A stretch of 64,000 nt of DNA. Source: Octopus sinensis. Taxonomy: Eukaryota. Shown piece by piece: positions 1 to 12,992 of this stretch. A program made the position numbers and the translations under genes. How positions within the stretch are numbered: position 1 is the first letter of the stretch; each line of letters begins with the position of its first letter. Where the stretch lies: positions 154,132,001 to 154,196,000 of the forward strand of contig NC_043000.1 of the NCBI RefSeq assembly GCF_006345805.1, written 5' to 3'. The notes under the pieces are model-generated. The model saw only the letters and a program-made list of their open reading frames with translations, was not told the origin of the DNA and searched no databases.

Positions 1-59
1 GTTAATTTCACTGGGTGGGGTACTTTTTGTAGTATCTTTCTTGTTATAGACAGATTGTA

Positions 60-450
60 TATGATTAACATTTTACGTCGTTGTTGGTTCGGAAAGATGC
101 CTATGTTTCATAGACTTTCTGGTATCATAAATACATATATATGTTATATCTTGTCATTCCTTCCCGGATAGCTTTTAAACATTTTACGAGCGCTATAGAC
201 ACAACTGGAATATATAATACTGTTAGGTGTCGAAACCATAATCATTCCGAGTAGTACAGCTAATGACGGGATGTCTATGTCCATTTAGATTAAGTTGTTA
301 TCATTGCGATGTTCATGTAGTTGTTTACAATTCCCCCTTTTGGTTTGACCAGGAATATATTCTTTAAAATATTGATTGCATTACCATTTGTTGCTCTGAT
401 CTTGTTAGGGTTCTTCAATTGTGTATTTTGTGACTAAGCCTAGCTTTATT
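60..450 (-). mobile_element. Degenerate Penelope-like element, GIY-YIG endonuclease fragment
   Basis: Minus strand translates to ...EYIPGQTKRGNCKQLHEHR..., matching the PLE YIGQTxRxxxxRxxEH motif; disrupted by stops. Confidence 0.55.
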
Positions 451-539
451 CTTTTTGCCATTTATTGAATCTATTTTTTTGTTTTGTTTTTTGTTTATTT
501 TTTTTTTTGCAAAGAGGGTGAGTGCATCAAGGTCTCTTT

Positions 540-1690
540 GCTTTACAATCTTCAAGAAAAAGTAAAAATAAGCATCCTTTGAATTTCAGTTGTTAGAATG
601 TGTGCACACTTCTTGATGATAATTTCAACAAGAAGCCAGAAAGGTGTCCTGCACTTATTGCATGTGAGCTCAAGAAATATTCCCTTGTTATAGTTGCGCT
701 CTCTGGTGAAAATCAAGTAAATGAACCTGCTTATGGATATACTATCTTTTGGAGAAGCCTACCTAAGGGTCAGCGTAGAGAACCTGGTGTTGTGTTTGCT
801 CTCAAAATACATTAGTATCCTCCATTGCAGAGCTTCCAAGTGGTATATCTGAACGAACCATGTCATGCCGTATTAAACTGACTAAAGGTAGGTTTCTTAC
901 CGTTGTCAGTATTTATGCACCAACAATGTCCCATTCTGATGAAACTGTGGGACAGTTTTATGACGATCTAGCACGATTATTGAGGAAAGTACCAATTTCT
1001 GACAAGGTGGTCATATTGGGAGATTTCAATAGAAGAGTTGGAAAGGACTATGTTTCATGGCCTGTTTTAGGTCAACATGGGATTGGAAAATGCAATAAAA
1101 ATGGAGTTCTTTTAACGTTTTGTACTGAGAATAATCTGGTTGTCACCAACACTCTGTTTAAGTAGAAAAATAAATATAAAACCACCTGAATGCACCCAAG
1201 ATCTAAGCACTTGGAATGGTTCCAGAAGATATAGAAACCCTTGCTTCGGATCGAGTTGGATGGTAAACAAAGGTGTGGAGTGGAGTAAAAGCATTCGAAG
1301 AAGACAGGATAACGCAAGTAAGACCCAAAAGAGATCTAAGGAAGAATATAACGATCGAGAAGGTGAATGACAATGACCTTTTTGTGTGCACAGTCTGTGA
1401 CAGACCATACCTGCCTTTGGCTGGCCTCAAATCTCATCTGCGAACACATGGAAAACGAACCTCCACCAATCTATGCTGACTATATGTCTGCGCACACCTT
1501 TGAATGCCAGAAGGTTTCCAAATACAACGGAGGCCTTAAAAGAAATGTTAATATCCACAATGAACAGAACTTATCTGCAGGTATTGGTGGCCCAAATCAG
1601 AGGTGCAATCTATGTGGGTGTCTTTTTCAGAACATTGTCCGGTTTAAAAAGCCACATCAAGTGTAGGTACAGGAGGTGGTCAAACTCTGT
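540..1690 (+). mobile_element. Internally deleted RTE-clade LINE: AP endonuclease joined to C-terminal C2H2 zinc fingers
   Basis: ORFs 600-815 and 860-1165 give LTVVSIYAPT and VVILGDFNRRVG (APE). ORF 1273-1479 gives FVCTVCDRPYLPLAGLKSHLRTH, followed by two further degenerate C2H2 units. The RT domain is missing. Confidence 0.85.
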
Positions 1691-1708
1691 ATAAGGAGTA
1701 GACAACCA

Positions 1709-1785
<77 letters not shown>

Positions 1786-1849
1786 TGTATGTATGTATGT
1801 ATAACATGCCAAGTATCTCCAATCAATCTTTCGTGCTTAGTTCATACGT

Positions 1850-4190
1850 CAGATCTGTTTTAAAAAGCAGAACGCTGGACTATGAAAAAACATGAGGAAA
1901 AAAAAAACGAAAAAATAATTGCAAAGAAGGTTGATGCAAAAAGTGGGACGAGAAGAAAGAAATGAGTTTCGTCCTCTTTGACTGTAGAAACCATGATTAA
2001 TGTAGGTGGTGTAGAATAATATAACAGCTAGGGAATCTGTGAAATAGTTGTTCAATCCAGAGTGGGGGGCAAAAGAAACCTGTCCATGAATTTGCTAAAA
2101 TTTTCAGATCTGAATTAAGTAGTGTGGTGGAATTCTTGGATTGTAAAAAGAATGTGCGATCTTTCAGCTACGCATAACTTGCAAGTCTTTGATTCATCTA
2201 TATATGGTCTAGATTTATCTACGATTTTCTACTTGATTGTATGTGGTGCGCATTTGCTCTTCAGATCCCATATATGGCTAGCAACTCTAGTGGCCTTATT
2301 TTTACCAATGCTGGGAAGAAGACTGGTGGTTTGCCTAACGGTTTTTAAAATTACCTTCTAATACACCGATGTAAATTATCTTTTCATTTATGTTGCCTTG
2401 GGTTGTAACTTCAGCTTCATAAACAACTGTATTTACCAAACACATCTGATGGAGCTTCACGGCCTCGACAGTTACAACTGAGTGTGAGCTCTGTATGTAA
2501 CTTACAAGTGGTAATGTCCTTCATATTAGGGCAGCAGCTATACGAATTTTTTTATCGAGCGTCAATCAAAAACATTCCTGTATTTGTGGTTTATTTGAAA
2601 ATGCTTATTTAATAATGCCAGTAGTTTCTCGCCTATGTTAGTTTTAGCATTTAATGAGGAAGGTGTTGTGCAACATATTGTTTTCCTAGGCCTATTTTTA
2701 GGTTTCATATATTTTATAGAAGGGTTATCTTTGAAGCCGCTGTTAGCTAGAACATTGTTATAGTAGATGACTGATTTATCAAAAATTTCCTTTACAGAGG
2801 ATGGATTAGATATCCTATTACTGATGTTAGCTATTAGGTCTGTAAACACTATGGTGGGTTGACAGGACTGTTTATGTATATTATGAGCTTCTCATTCGGT
2901 TTATTATAGGGTTTATAAGAGCGTTAGTTTAAGTCTAGGGAATCATCTATGAAATCAGCTTCCTTCAAATTAGTAGATACAGTAATTTTGAAGCCTAACT
3001 AATCAAAGGTATATATGAGTTGTTGTTTTTCTTTTTAAATATATCTAATGTATATCCATCACAGCCGTAAGTTATGCCCAAACCATCGTCACAGTATAAG
3101 TCAATGTCGCGGGTTGCGAACTTAGATCTCAAAGTGTCTAATATAGAGAGACCTACAAGATCACAGATGTCTGCACTGATCCCATAAACACATCAAACAA
3201 TTAAACTTATCGGATTTTTTAACACATGCCGATCCCTTATTGAATAGAAGGGTTTCTTATGCATGCATGATAAAGTCCAAGTCTATGTGGTCAACATTGA
3301 CATGTTTTTTTTCAAATTCCTTCGCTTTATGTAGTAACTATCTCGATATCGAGGGATATAAATCTACAATTTTAAACTGTGTAAATCTATTGTGTCTGGG
3401 GAGAGTCATTTCTTTTTGTACCTTATAATTTAACACACTCACCGGTAAAATTTCCACTTATTTATTTTTATTTTCCTAAAATTTTCGTTGCATCTTGCAA
3501 CCTTTTCAATAGTCTTGACTCTCTGAAAAGGTTGCAAGACGCAACGAAAGTTTTAGGTAAATAAAAATATGAAATAAGTTGAAATTTTACCAGTGAATGT
3601 GTTAAATTATAAGGCACAAAAAGAAAATGACTCTCCCCTGTCACAACAAAATATTCTTCAACACACGAACTCACATAAAGAATCTTGCAAACCAAATCCA
3701 AAAATGAAATGTGTAAATCTAGTTCTATGCTTATCCTTTAAATTCCTAAACTGGTCTATGAAAATGCTGTTATTTTCCCATTGTTGTAGCTTAGTAGTCT
3801 CTTTAATTCTAACATTAATATCCCCTTTTTTTTTTTTAGCTACTAAACCACTTTTAGTTCTCACTGGGTTTAAAAGTCTACAAGTGTACTCATTATTGAA
3901 ATTGGGTTTGTGATCTTTGGAGTAATAAAAGCTTCACGTTTAGCTAAGCATTCTAACCTATCATCAATTTTAAAGAGAAATTTAACCTCATCGATGATAT
4001 TGTCGTGCACCAATTTGTCATATAAATCATTGTCATATAAATCATGCAGGTTATTAGTACTTATCCGAAAATTCTAATTGTTTTCAGAACTTTCAAAATT
4101 TCTAATATCAGATTTTAGTTAGGCTCGAAAAAGGTTATAGTAATCACGGAATTTTATATTAGTTAATAAATCAATGTATCCAGTCTAGTA
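1850..4190 (-). mobile_element. Degenerate Penelope-like retroelement (RT + GIY-YIG)
   Basis: Minus-strand motifs: EAFITxKDHKPNF..CRLLNP (~3860-3960), FKIVDLYPSI (~3350-3378), DICDLVGL and LYCDDGLG (~3080-3175), NAKTNIGEK (ORF 2562-2849), VVYEAEVT and YIG (~2365-2430). Many frameshifts. Confidence 0.85.
3390..3709. mobile_element. Non-autonomous Penelope-type inverted-repeat element with hammerhead-like cores, inserted into the PLE above
   Basis: Arms ~3391-3507 and ~3524-3645 are reverse complements. A 12-bp TSD TGTGTAAATCTA lies at 3378-3389 and 3710-3721. The same family recurs at 16328-16586, 16617-16760 and 17535-17732. Confidence 0.75.
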
Positions 4191-4215
4191 TATATGTAAA
4201 TTTATGTAAACATAT

Positions 4216-4584
4216 CTTTTCTTTTACTTGTTTCAGTCATTTGACTGCGGCCATGCTGGAGCACCGCCTTTAGTCGAGCAAATCGACCCCGGGACTTATT
4301 CTTTTGTAAGCCTAGTGCTTATTCTATCGGTATCTTTTGCCGAACCACTAAGTAACGGGGAAGTAAACACACCAGCATCGGTTTTCCAGCGATGTTGGGA
4401 TGACAAGCACAGATACACAAACACATGCACACACACACACACACACTCAACACACACACATACACACACACGCACACATACATATATACAACGGGCTTAT
4501 TCAGTTTCCGTCTACCAAATGCACTCACAAGGCTTTGGTCGGCTCGAGGCTATAGTAGAAGACACTTGCCCAAGGTGCCACGCA
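4216..4584 (-). mobile_element. SINE family A (abundant octopus-type tRNA-derived SINE with internal (TA)/(TG) microsatellite), 5'-truncated
   Basis: Matches the other ~400-bp copies in the window (...ACCTTGGGCAAGTGTCTTC...GCATGGCCGCAGTCAAATGACTGAAAC). Confidence 0.9.
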
Positions 4585-6349
4585 ATTCTTTTACCAAATA
4601 CAAAAATTAACTACTCAATATACGCGATTTCAAAAGACATGCTTCTTTTGATTCCAAGAACATTTTCATTTGAACATAAAAGTCTTGTTATGAATGAAAA
4701 AAATTGTTCCGTTCCAATATTCACCAGAATAAACTCTTTCATCACAATACATAAAAAAGATACCCTACTGCGTGTACTCATAATCATTAGATTATAATTA
4801 AACAAAAATTTCAGAAAACTCATTCCCGATCAGATTTAAATGTTCAAAAGTAATCCGATTCTTATCAACAGATGTACATTAAGAATGCTTCCGACACGAT
4901 TAGACGTGTGTAATTTGGGGAAATAATTTAACATGACGTGGGAACTCTAGTTTATTCTACATCACTCCAATAAATGTTAGTGTTATTACGTATGAATGAA
5001 ATAATGAAATGGAGCAGTTCTTTATGGACTTGAAAAACAGATGGGAACCAGCTTGGGAATAAGGATATATTTCTTTAATGCTAGAAGAAACAAACCCTTT
5101 ATGCAACATTATGAATGGCCAACAAATATATTTGTAATGCTTACGCTCTTCATAAAGTAAAAATATGTTATGGACGGAAGTTATGTAGACAGAGAGAGAA
5201 AATTCCGTGGCTTGTCGTCTTTTGTAAGTTGATAGAATTCGATAACTGAATGACTGGCATTTCATCTGAATTGTTTCTCATTAATGGAAATAGAGATTCT
5301 TTGACTCGATTTATTACTTAATTCTATGCAAGTCATAAAAAAATAGGTTAAGCTCCTTGCGATTAGAGTTAATCCGTTGCCCGCTTTAACACTGTCACCT
5401 GACCTCTGGGTATCTTTAGTGACTACATTGTTGTAAACATTCGCTTTTATCTCTATTCAGCGGAAAACTTACTCCTTGTTTCTCATCTTATAAGGCTTTA
5501 AAAAAAGGATCTTGTTCGCAGCCATTTCATCATCTAAATGTGATGTAAAAATTTTTTTTTAAGAATGTCAGCTACGCAGGTTCGATTCTAAAGATTAATG
5601 CCTTTTCTTATTTTCAGCATCAAACAACCGGCTCAAGACTTTAACTTGTAATGGCCGACATGGTATCCTCAACTGATCTCATGTGCGTTGGAAATGGAGA
5701 AAAAGAAAGGAGCAGTTCATCTCCAATAATGTAGAAAGATAAGGCGTCTTAGACAAAGCATTGTCACCAAAATAGTAAGGGGACCGCTACACAAAGGCAC
5801 CCATACACCATGGGCTTTAAACACAGAATTCTGAACAAATAGTTATTCAGGGTAATTTCCTAAAATAAATCTCTTTCCAATATCCAAAGACCAACATATG
5901 ACTGAGTGAAAGTAAATAATGTTCATCAAAATTATATTTACGATCCAACACATAAGCGTCCATTGTTCTGAAGACATCGATGAAACAGTAACCGACTGGG
6001 GATTACTGGTGTTCAGTCAGACAGAATATGTGCTCCACAGATTCTGTGGCTCGTCCTAGCATATCAAAAAATGATGCTTGACAACTTCTGAATTCTATCA
6101 AGATCTATTCAACCCTAACAATTATCTCAGTAGTTAGAGACGAATTACTCTTATAATCAATCGTTTTCATCAAGTATATGTTGACCAACATGACCTACAT
6201 ACATATACAGTAGTGCTCGATAGCAACAATTTCTAGAGTAAGAAAACTCCCAAGACACAAGACTTGCAAATGTATCATCTGCAACCGACCGCGTGTACAA
6301 GAAGACCCTTTTGTACCTATTGCACCCTATTGTACAGTATTGCACCTTG

Positions 6350-7030
6350 TGACATGTGTAAGCAGCAAATTACAGGATTAGTAATACAACACATCTATAT
6401 CGGGTGCATCAGTTAGTGCAATGCTGTGCTCTAATCAATCCATCACATTGCTGACAAGTTTTCCAATGTTTCATCAAAACAAGTTTCCGAGTTACCACCC
6501 ACTCTTGTCGGACACTCTTCACATATCTTTCAGGAGTTATTGAGCTGAAAAGTCCCGTTTTTTTTTCTTAAGCAGGAGCATTTTGCACTTTCGTATTATC
6601 CATCTGTCTAGTAGTATCACATAGTCTGAAGGTCTTAGTCTTGCATTTTCTCAACTTGGTAATAAAGTCCTTACACCAATAATTTACTGAAGGCAAACGT
6701 TTTCAAATATCGACACAGTATAATGTAGTAGTAACGGAGTATGCCTGCAAAGTCAGCCTCTCGGTAACCAGAACTCTTCATAGTGTGACCTTCGTATAAA
6801 GAAAAAGTGAACCTTACACAGAGACTGGCTTCACAGAGATTTCTTAGAGCATTTACTGCAATAGCAACTGATTATATCACTAATCTCCACCAAACTTGTT
6901 GCATCAGAAAAGTAGCATATCATATGTGGTTAATACCATACTGTCACCTCTTTTGATCCTGCGTTGTTACCAAGGATTCTGTTGACTCTTTTTCATCCCC
7001 ATCCCTGTTGAATGGTAAACCATAAGAGAA
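6350..7030 (-). mobile_element. Highly degraded Gypsy-type integrase relic
   Basis: Ordered minus-strand remnants QQVWW, CYCSKC, ADFAG..YYYI..CVD, TPE..VSDK resemble the ARxxVWWP/CxxC/DFAGP/VD/VSDNG order of K02A2.6-like integrases. They need several frameshifts. Confidence 0.35.
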
Positions 7031-7239
7031 ACACTCATGGTTTAACAACGTTTAGAAATAATGTGTTATCGGGTAATCTCCAGTCCATAACTTTTCTATA
7101 ATGGCTGCTTTAATGCAGTCTTAGTTTTATCTAATGTGAAAAGACCTATCTGACGTGGTTGAAGTTGCCAGGAGAAAAAAACACTTCGGATATTTCTATA
7201 AACGTAGATTCTCTTACTAGATTAAGATAATGTAATTTG

Positions 7240-7427
7240 GGCGCTAACATATTTAATGCAGTGAGCCAAAGCATTTCAATTAGTCAAAATTACAACCGCA
7301 GTGATGAAAAGAGAAAAAGAATTAATTATTTTAATGATTAATTAGTCTTTAAGACAATTTTATCATCAATACCGATGTAATTTTAATTAGAATTTCTTGG
7401 ATCACTGCATTAAAATATGTTGGAGCC
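7240..7427. mobile_element. Palindromic MITE-like element
   Basis: Left GGCGCTAACATATTTAATGCAGTGAGCCAA is an imperfect reverse complement of right TTGGATCACTGCATTAAAATATGTTGGAGCC. Confidence 0.6.
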
Positions 7428-8278
7428 TACTTTGCTATTCGTTTTCCGTGCAGCAGGCACCCTTGTGTATGCTTTTCCAGTCATTATTTTTGAATGATAT
7501 ATTTTCACCCCTTCTTTCTTGCAACAGTGATTTTAAGTTGTAGTTGATATTGTTGACAGAGATAAACTTTGATCGGTTAGCATGTTGCCAGTACATTGCA
7601 TGAAACCAAAACCCAAGTTAGCAATCAGGCGATACACACTACTAGCTTGATTTCATACTTAATTCCAGCTGGATAACATAAAAGGCTGAAATAAAAGAAG
7701 TACTCCACCCCTTCTTTGGACTAAATATCAAAAAGAAAAGACCATAAGTAGAGGCTTTTATTATGTAACACTCGCAGATCAGAGGAATTAATTAATTCTT
7801 TATTAAAATATTATTTCTAACTTTGCTCTAACATAATTTTGAAGTTTTAACACCTTGAAATAATTAAGTACCAACATAACAGTAGCAAATTAATTACTAT
7901 GACTGTTGGCATTTTATTTGTTAATGGCTTAGTCGAGGTAGGGGTAACATCCATGCTCTTTGTCAGGCCCACCAAAACTGGTGGGGGCAACGAAAGAAGT
8001 TATTGTCAGCCCGGAGACCAGGCACAAATGCTTGCAACAAGGCCCAGACGATGGTGCAAAACAGGGAAACTGATTATGCGAATCAATCAAGACCCCTCCC
8101 GCTGATGGGCTTCCACACAGTTTCCGTCTACCAAATTTTTACTCACAAATTCGGTCGACCCAATGTTTTAGCACTGTGGTCGAAACCAAAATCATCCAGT
8201 TACGCACTATGATCGAACCTGAAACCCTATTTTACGAATTTAACTTCTTATGCACAAAACCCATGCACGCGTCCATAT

Positions 8279-8620
8279 ATACTCTTTTACTTGTTTCAGT
8301 CATTTGACTGCGGCCATGCTGGAGCACCGCCTTTAGTCGAGCAAATCGACCCCGGGACTTATTCTTTGTAAGCCCAGTACTTATTCTATCGGTCTCTTTT
8401 TTCCGAACCGCTAAGTGACGGGGACGTAAACACACCAGCATCGGTTGTCAAGCAATGCCAGGGGAACAAACAGACACACAAACACACACATACATATACA
8501 TATATACGACAGGCTTCTTTCAGTTTCCGTCTATCAAATCCACTCACAAGGCATTGGTCGGCCCGGGGCTACAGCAGAAGACACTTGCCCAAGATGCCAT
8601 GTGGTTGGTTAGCAAGCTAC
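8279..8620 (-). mobile_element. SINE family A
   Basis: Near-identical to the other family A copies. Confidence 0.9.
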
Positions 8621-8869
8621 TGTTGGTCGCTTGCCTCCTTGTTGTTAGGGACTTCCAATAACAAAATTAGTTTGAATATAATCAAAAAATTTGGATTACA
8701 TTTGATCGTTGAGACGATATTATCCCATGAAATGTTAACTATTTTGTCGACAGAAATATAGATGAACTTTACAATGGGGTCTTGCTATTAATTTCCAGTC
8801 AGAGTTTTGAACAATAGATTTCGAAACGTTATTGTAAAATATTAGATTTAAATATCAGTAAAACTTTAA

Positions 8870-9230
8870 ATGTCTACGGCAGATCCTCCATCTGAAGTGG
8901 TTCGACAGAGAGCCAAACACCGACCTGTGGAAAAGGGCCAACCAGGAGCCCATACATGTTCAGATTATACGAAGGAAATGGAGACGGATCGGATACACAC
9001 TGCGGAAAGAACCCTCAAATGTGACACGACAAGCACTTGACTGGAACCCGCAGGGGAAAAGGAAGCGAGGCCACCCGAAGCAGACATGGAAGCAGAGCAT
9101 TTTGGACGAGCTCAGGACCACCGGCCTGACATAGGAAGCAGCCAAGAAACACACCAATGACCGCAAAAAGTGGAAAACAACTGTTGAGGCCCTATGCTCC
9201 ACAAGGGGCAAAAAGGATTAAGAAGAAGAA
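8870..9230 (+). mobile_element. RTE-clade LINE 3' end
   Basis: Translates to IRRKWRRIGYTLRK..TRQALDWNPQGKRKRGHPKQTW..WKTTVEALC, followed by an (AAG)n tail. Confidence 0.85.
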
Positions 9231-9833
9231 CCTTTTATAGGGAAAAGTCTTCACATCGGTGTTTGCCCAAATCTTAATGATACCACTGAGTTGAAGATTA
9301 CTTCTACTGGCTGGTCGTGTGCATGAAGCATCTATAAGATTTTGACAGTAGGATACTTTTGAGTGGGTTACTTTTTCTAGGTTTATATGAAAACTTGAAC
9401 TCAGTACAATACGAAGAGCACCCGTTTCTCACACCCTTTTTTCTCTTCTTTTTACGATGGTAAGCTGCATCTGAACAATGGTGTATATTCCAGTTACCTG
9501 AACTTGGATCAGAGATTGTAACGTGCCTTAGCTATCGGTGGTATGGGCTACCAATGTTAAGATGCGAACCATCGACTCTTAGGCAGATTATCAACTATTA
9601 TATAAATTCATCTATCTGCGATTTCTTCTACAAACTTTCATATTAACCATAATAACTCCACTTAAGTTATTCAAATCCCAGCAGGCAAAAAGAATGAAAG
9701 TAAATAAGCTGAGTCATTACACTATCCCTCTCTTCGGACAAATGCATTTTGTAACTAGACGATTCTACTACAAGATTTAAATCGCGTTATTAATGAATTA
9801 ATCAAGCTTGAATTTAGGAACTATAGGGAATAA

Positions 9834-10022
9834 TGGTCGGTTGGTTGGTTTGTCGGTCGGTCGGTCGGTCGGTCGGTCGGTCGGTTGGTTGGTTGGTTGG
9901 TCGGTCGGTCGGTTGGTCGGTCGGTCGGTTGGTCGGTCGGTCGGTTGGTCGGGTGGGTGGTTGGTTGGTTGGCTGGTTGGTCGGGTGGGTGGTTGGTTGG
10001 CTGGTTGGTCGGGTGGGTGGTT
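9834..10022. repeat. Compound (GGTC/GGTT/GGGT)n tetranucleotide microsatellite
   Basis: Read directly from the sequence. Confidence 0.95.
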
Positions 10023-10354
10023 ATGTGACATAATTAATTATGCTGCTAGAGTTCCTAAGTGTAAGGAGCAATATAAACTAGAAGCGTATTAAATTCCCGA
10101 AGAGAAAAGTACTTTCCGGTAAAAGAGAATTAAATAAATAAAATATACACACAAGCATTACATTATGTATGGCATTTCCTAAAGCGGTGAGTAGGCAAAA
10201 ACGGTAGAGCGCCAAACACAATGTGCCGTAGTGTTCAGTTTCAGACTTCCATTTTCCAACTTCTAAATAACTCCGACATTCACTTCCATATTCAGTCTAA
10301 CAGCATTGTTGATGTTGTTATTGTTGTTTCGTCCAATGTCACCTCTGATCGAAT

Positions 10355-10688
10355 GGAAGCACTCCGTCGGTTACGACGACGAGGGTTCCGGTTGATCCGA
10401 ATCAACGGAACAGCCTGCTCGTGAAATTAACGTGTAAGTGGCTGAGAACTCCACAGACACATGTACCCTTAACGTAGTTCTTGGGGGATATTCAGCATGA
10501 CAGAGAGTGACAAGGCCGGCTCTTTGAAATACAGGTACAACAGAAACAGGAAGTAAGAGTGAGAGAAAGTTGTGGTGAAAGAGTACAGCAGGGATCACCA
10601 CCATCCCCTGCCGGAGCCCGGTCTGGGAATCGAAACCGCGATCCTATGACCGCGAGTCCGCTGCCCTAACCACTGGACCATTGCGCCT
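10355..10688 (-). mobile_element. SINE family C (tRNA-Arg-like head)
   Basis: Reverse complement of 12217-12600 with an internal deletion. TSD CTCTGATCGAAT at 10343-10354 and 10689-10700. Confidence 0.9.
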
Positions 10689-11185
10689 CTCTGATCGAAT
10701 AGACAAACAATCAAAGGTATTCCAATCTAAAATAAACCCCACCTTTTCAAGTTACATTATCCAGTATCTCTTTGTGTTTTTTTTTTTTTATATTTTTATT
10801 AAGACGGCAAAGAAGGATGTGATATTTGGATGCTTTTTCTAGCCGGTCGGCTGAGCGACCACTAGAAGTTCCCCTCATCATTTAATTCTAATACATATTA
10901 ATATCTGAGAATTAGGATTTTTTTATCTACTCGTTTGGATTAAGAAAAATAAATAGTAAGTTCTAAAGAACAGTAATGGGTTGATTCTCTCGACTGTGCA
11001 ATAATTTTACATGTAAAGAGACGAATTGGTAGATCCGTTACAACATCGGTTAGAATGCCTTTGTGCAATTTGTTTGGGTCCTCTACGTTGAAATCTCTTA
11101 ATTCAAATATTGCTAAGGCCAAATTCACTTTTCATCCGTTCGGTTATCAATCAAGAATATACTACCCCAATAATGGGCTTAATAG

Positions 11186-11243
<58 letters not shown>

Positions 11244-11289
11244 TGTTTCTGTAATTCAAAAGGAGCATAGTTTTAACGCTGATTTAACC

Positions 11290-12992
11290 AAAGAGTTACT
11301 TTAAAGATACCCTTCCTCTTAAGACTGTAGTGCTCTTCCTTTACTCATGGGTTAAGGAATTGACTTCAGTCCGGTTTTGTGTGGAAGACCTTTATATAAA
11401 CCATTGCACAGCTGTTGATTATAACAGCTATGTTAATTAGGGAAATATGTGCAGAGCACTTTGCTCCGTCACCCAATTAAGGTTGGTGGCCCTGGGAAGA
11501 TTGTTGAGGTCGATGAAACAGTCTTCTCAAGACGTAAGTACAACCGATAAAGTGTCCTACCTGAGCAGCGGGTTTTTAGGGGAGTGTTTCGCGAGACCAG
11601 ACAGGTTGTTTTTTTTCTGTATGCGGTGCCATGTCAGAATCGGGACACACTGGAAGAATGCATACGTCACTCAGTTCTTCCAAGAACCACAATTTCCAGC
11701 GATTTGTGGAGGTCGTACTCTCAAATTCCTGAAATTTATGGTTACAATTTTGAGCATAAAACGGTGAAACACAGCGTTGGGTTTGTTAACTCGGAAGATG
11801 GTACCCACACTCTGCAAGTGGAGAGTACATGGGCCTCTGTAAAGCGAAGTAATAAACGACGCTGTGGTACTCACCGTTCAGTGGTAGATTCATATCTCTG
11901 TGGATTTATGTGGCGCAGGAGATATGAAAATTGTGATTTGTTCGAGAAATTGATTGAATGCATTTCTGACTTTCATTTTCAATTTCAAAAATATTTCATT
12001 TATAATTTGTTATTTTGTTTTTAGGTAAATCCTTTGAGTTCGTACTGATGCTTAAATGTTTGTTTTTTAAGCATATTTAATTTGTAATGTGCTGCTTCTT
12101 ATCGCATGTAATGTGTTGTTTATCATCGTATTTAATACATATTGAATGCTTGAAACTACAAAAGACATGTTGTTTACTCTTTTTTTTTTGTCATTGAGGT
12201 CGTTGTGAGGTATGGTGGAGGCGCAATGGCCTAGTGGTTAGGGCAGTGGACTCGCGGTCATAGGATCGCGGTTTCGATTCCCAGACCGGGCGATGTGAGT
12301 GTTTATTGAGCGAAAACACCTAAAAGCTCCACGAGGCTCCGGCAGGGGATGGTGGTGATCCCTGCTGTACTCTTTTACCACAACTTTCTCTCACTCTTAC
12401 TTCCTGTTTCTGTTGTACCTGTATTTCAAGGGGCCGGCCTTGTCACTCTCTGTGTCACGCTGAATATCCCTGAGAACTACGTTAAGGGTACACGTGTCTG
12501 TGGAGTGCTCAGCCACTTACACGTTAATTTCACGAGCAGGCTGTTCCGTTGATTCGGATCAACCGGAACCCTCGTCGTCGTAACCGACGGAGTGCTTTCC
12601 TTCCTGTGAGGTATGCTAAAATTAACAGCTAAATAACGCTTTTGGATATAAATCTTTTTTAAGTTCGTACTATCGCATCATATGCATATTGAATGCTTAA
12701 AAATACAAAAAAAAAGGTATTGTTCACTCATTTTCCGCGTGTAGAATATAAATACTGACAACACGTGCTATTTTCAGGATGTTGACAACAAAATCTGCAG
12801 TCACGTACAAAATGACAGCTTCCAAATCCTGTTTCCTGACTGGGTGAAAATGATCAAACTTCAGACCTTAATAACTTTTTAAAAACATTTTTTCTGGAAA
12901 AAGTGAAATAACTCTAACAATTCAGCTTAGAAAACTACATTAATGTGCCAAATTTAAAATTTTTGATAAACATTTTTGAAATGCAGAGAGCC
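11290..12992 (+). mobile_element. Merlin/IS1595 (ISXO2-like DDE) transposase pseudogene
   Basis: GGPGKIVEVDETVF (~11484-11526). ORF 11584-12024 has TTISSDLWRSY, HKTVKHSVGFVNSEDGTHTLQVESTW and DSYLCGFMWRRR. Frameshifted; a putative right end reads ...GAGAGCC at ~12992. Confidence 0.85.
12217..12600 (+). mobile_element. SINE family C, full length
   Basis: Pol III A box TGGCCTAGTGG and B box GTTTCGATTCC. TSD TGTGAGGTATG at 12204-12214 and 12605-12615. Confidence 0.92.

Noticed and set aside
1273-1694. Host C2H2 zinc-finger gene
   Set aside because: The fingers are frameshifted and contiguous with an RTE endonuclease fragment, as expected for the C-terminus of the LINE ORF.
4228-4797. 189-aa ORF and the many similar ORFs (…SVYQIHSQG…, …FRRGRLCLSSFRGR…, …LQLDALPNANH…)
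   Set aside because: These are translations of SINE families A, B and E and microsatellites, not genes.
6735-6775. Copia RNase H motif (GYREADFAG)
   Set aside because: The downstream SWxSKKQ and STxEAE motifs are absent; surrounding remnants fit a Gypsy integrase better, though that call is weak too.
9798-10092. Pro/Thr/Asp- or Gly/Trp-repeat ORFs
   Set aside because: They are translations of a tetranucleotide microsatellite.
12217-12290. tRNA gene (also at 14047, 15620, 22690 and 39040)
   Set aside because: The A/B boxes belong to SINE heads that run into SINE bodies, several with TSDs; no standalone tRNA is supported.
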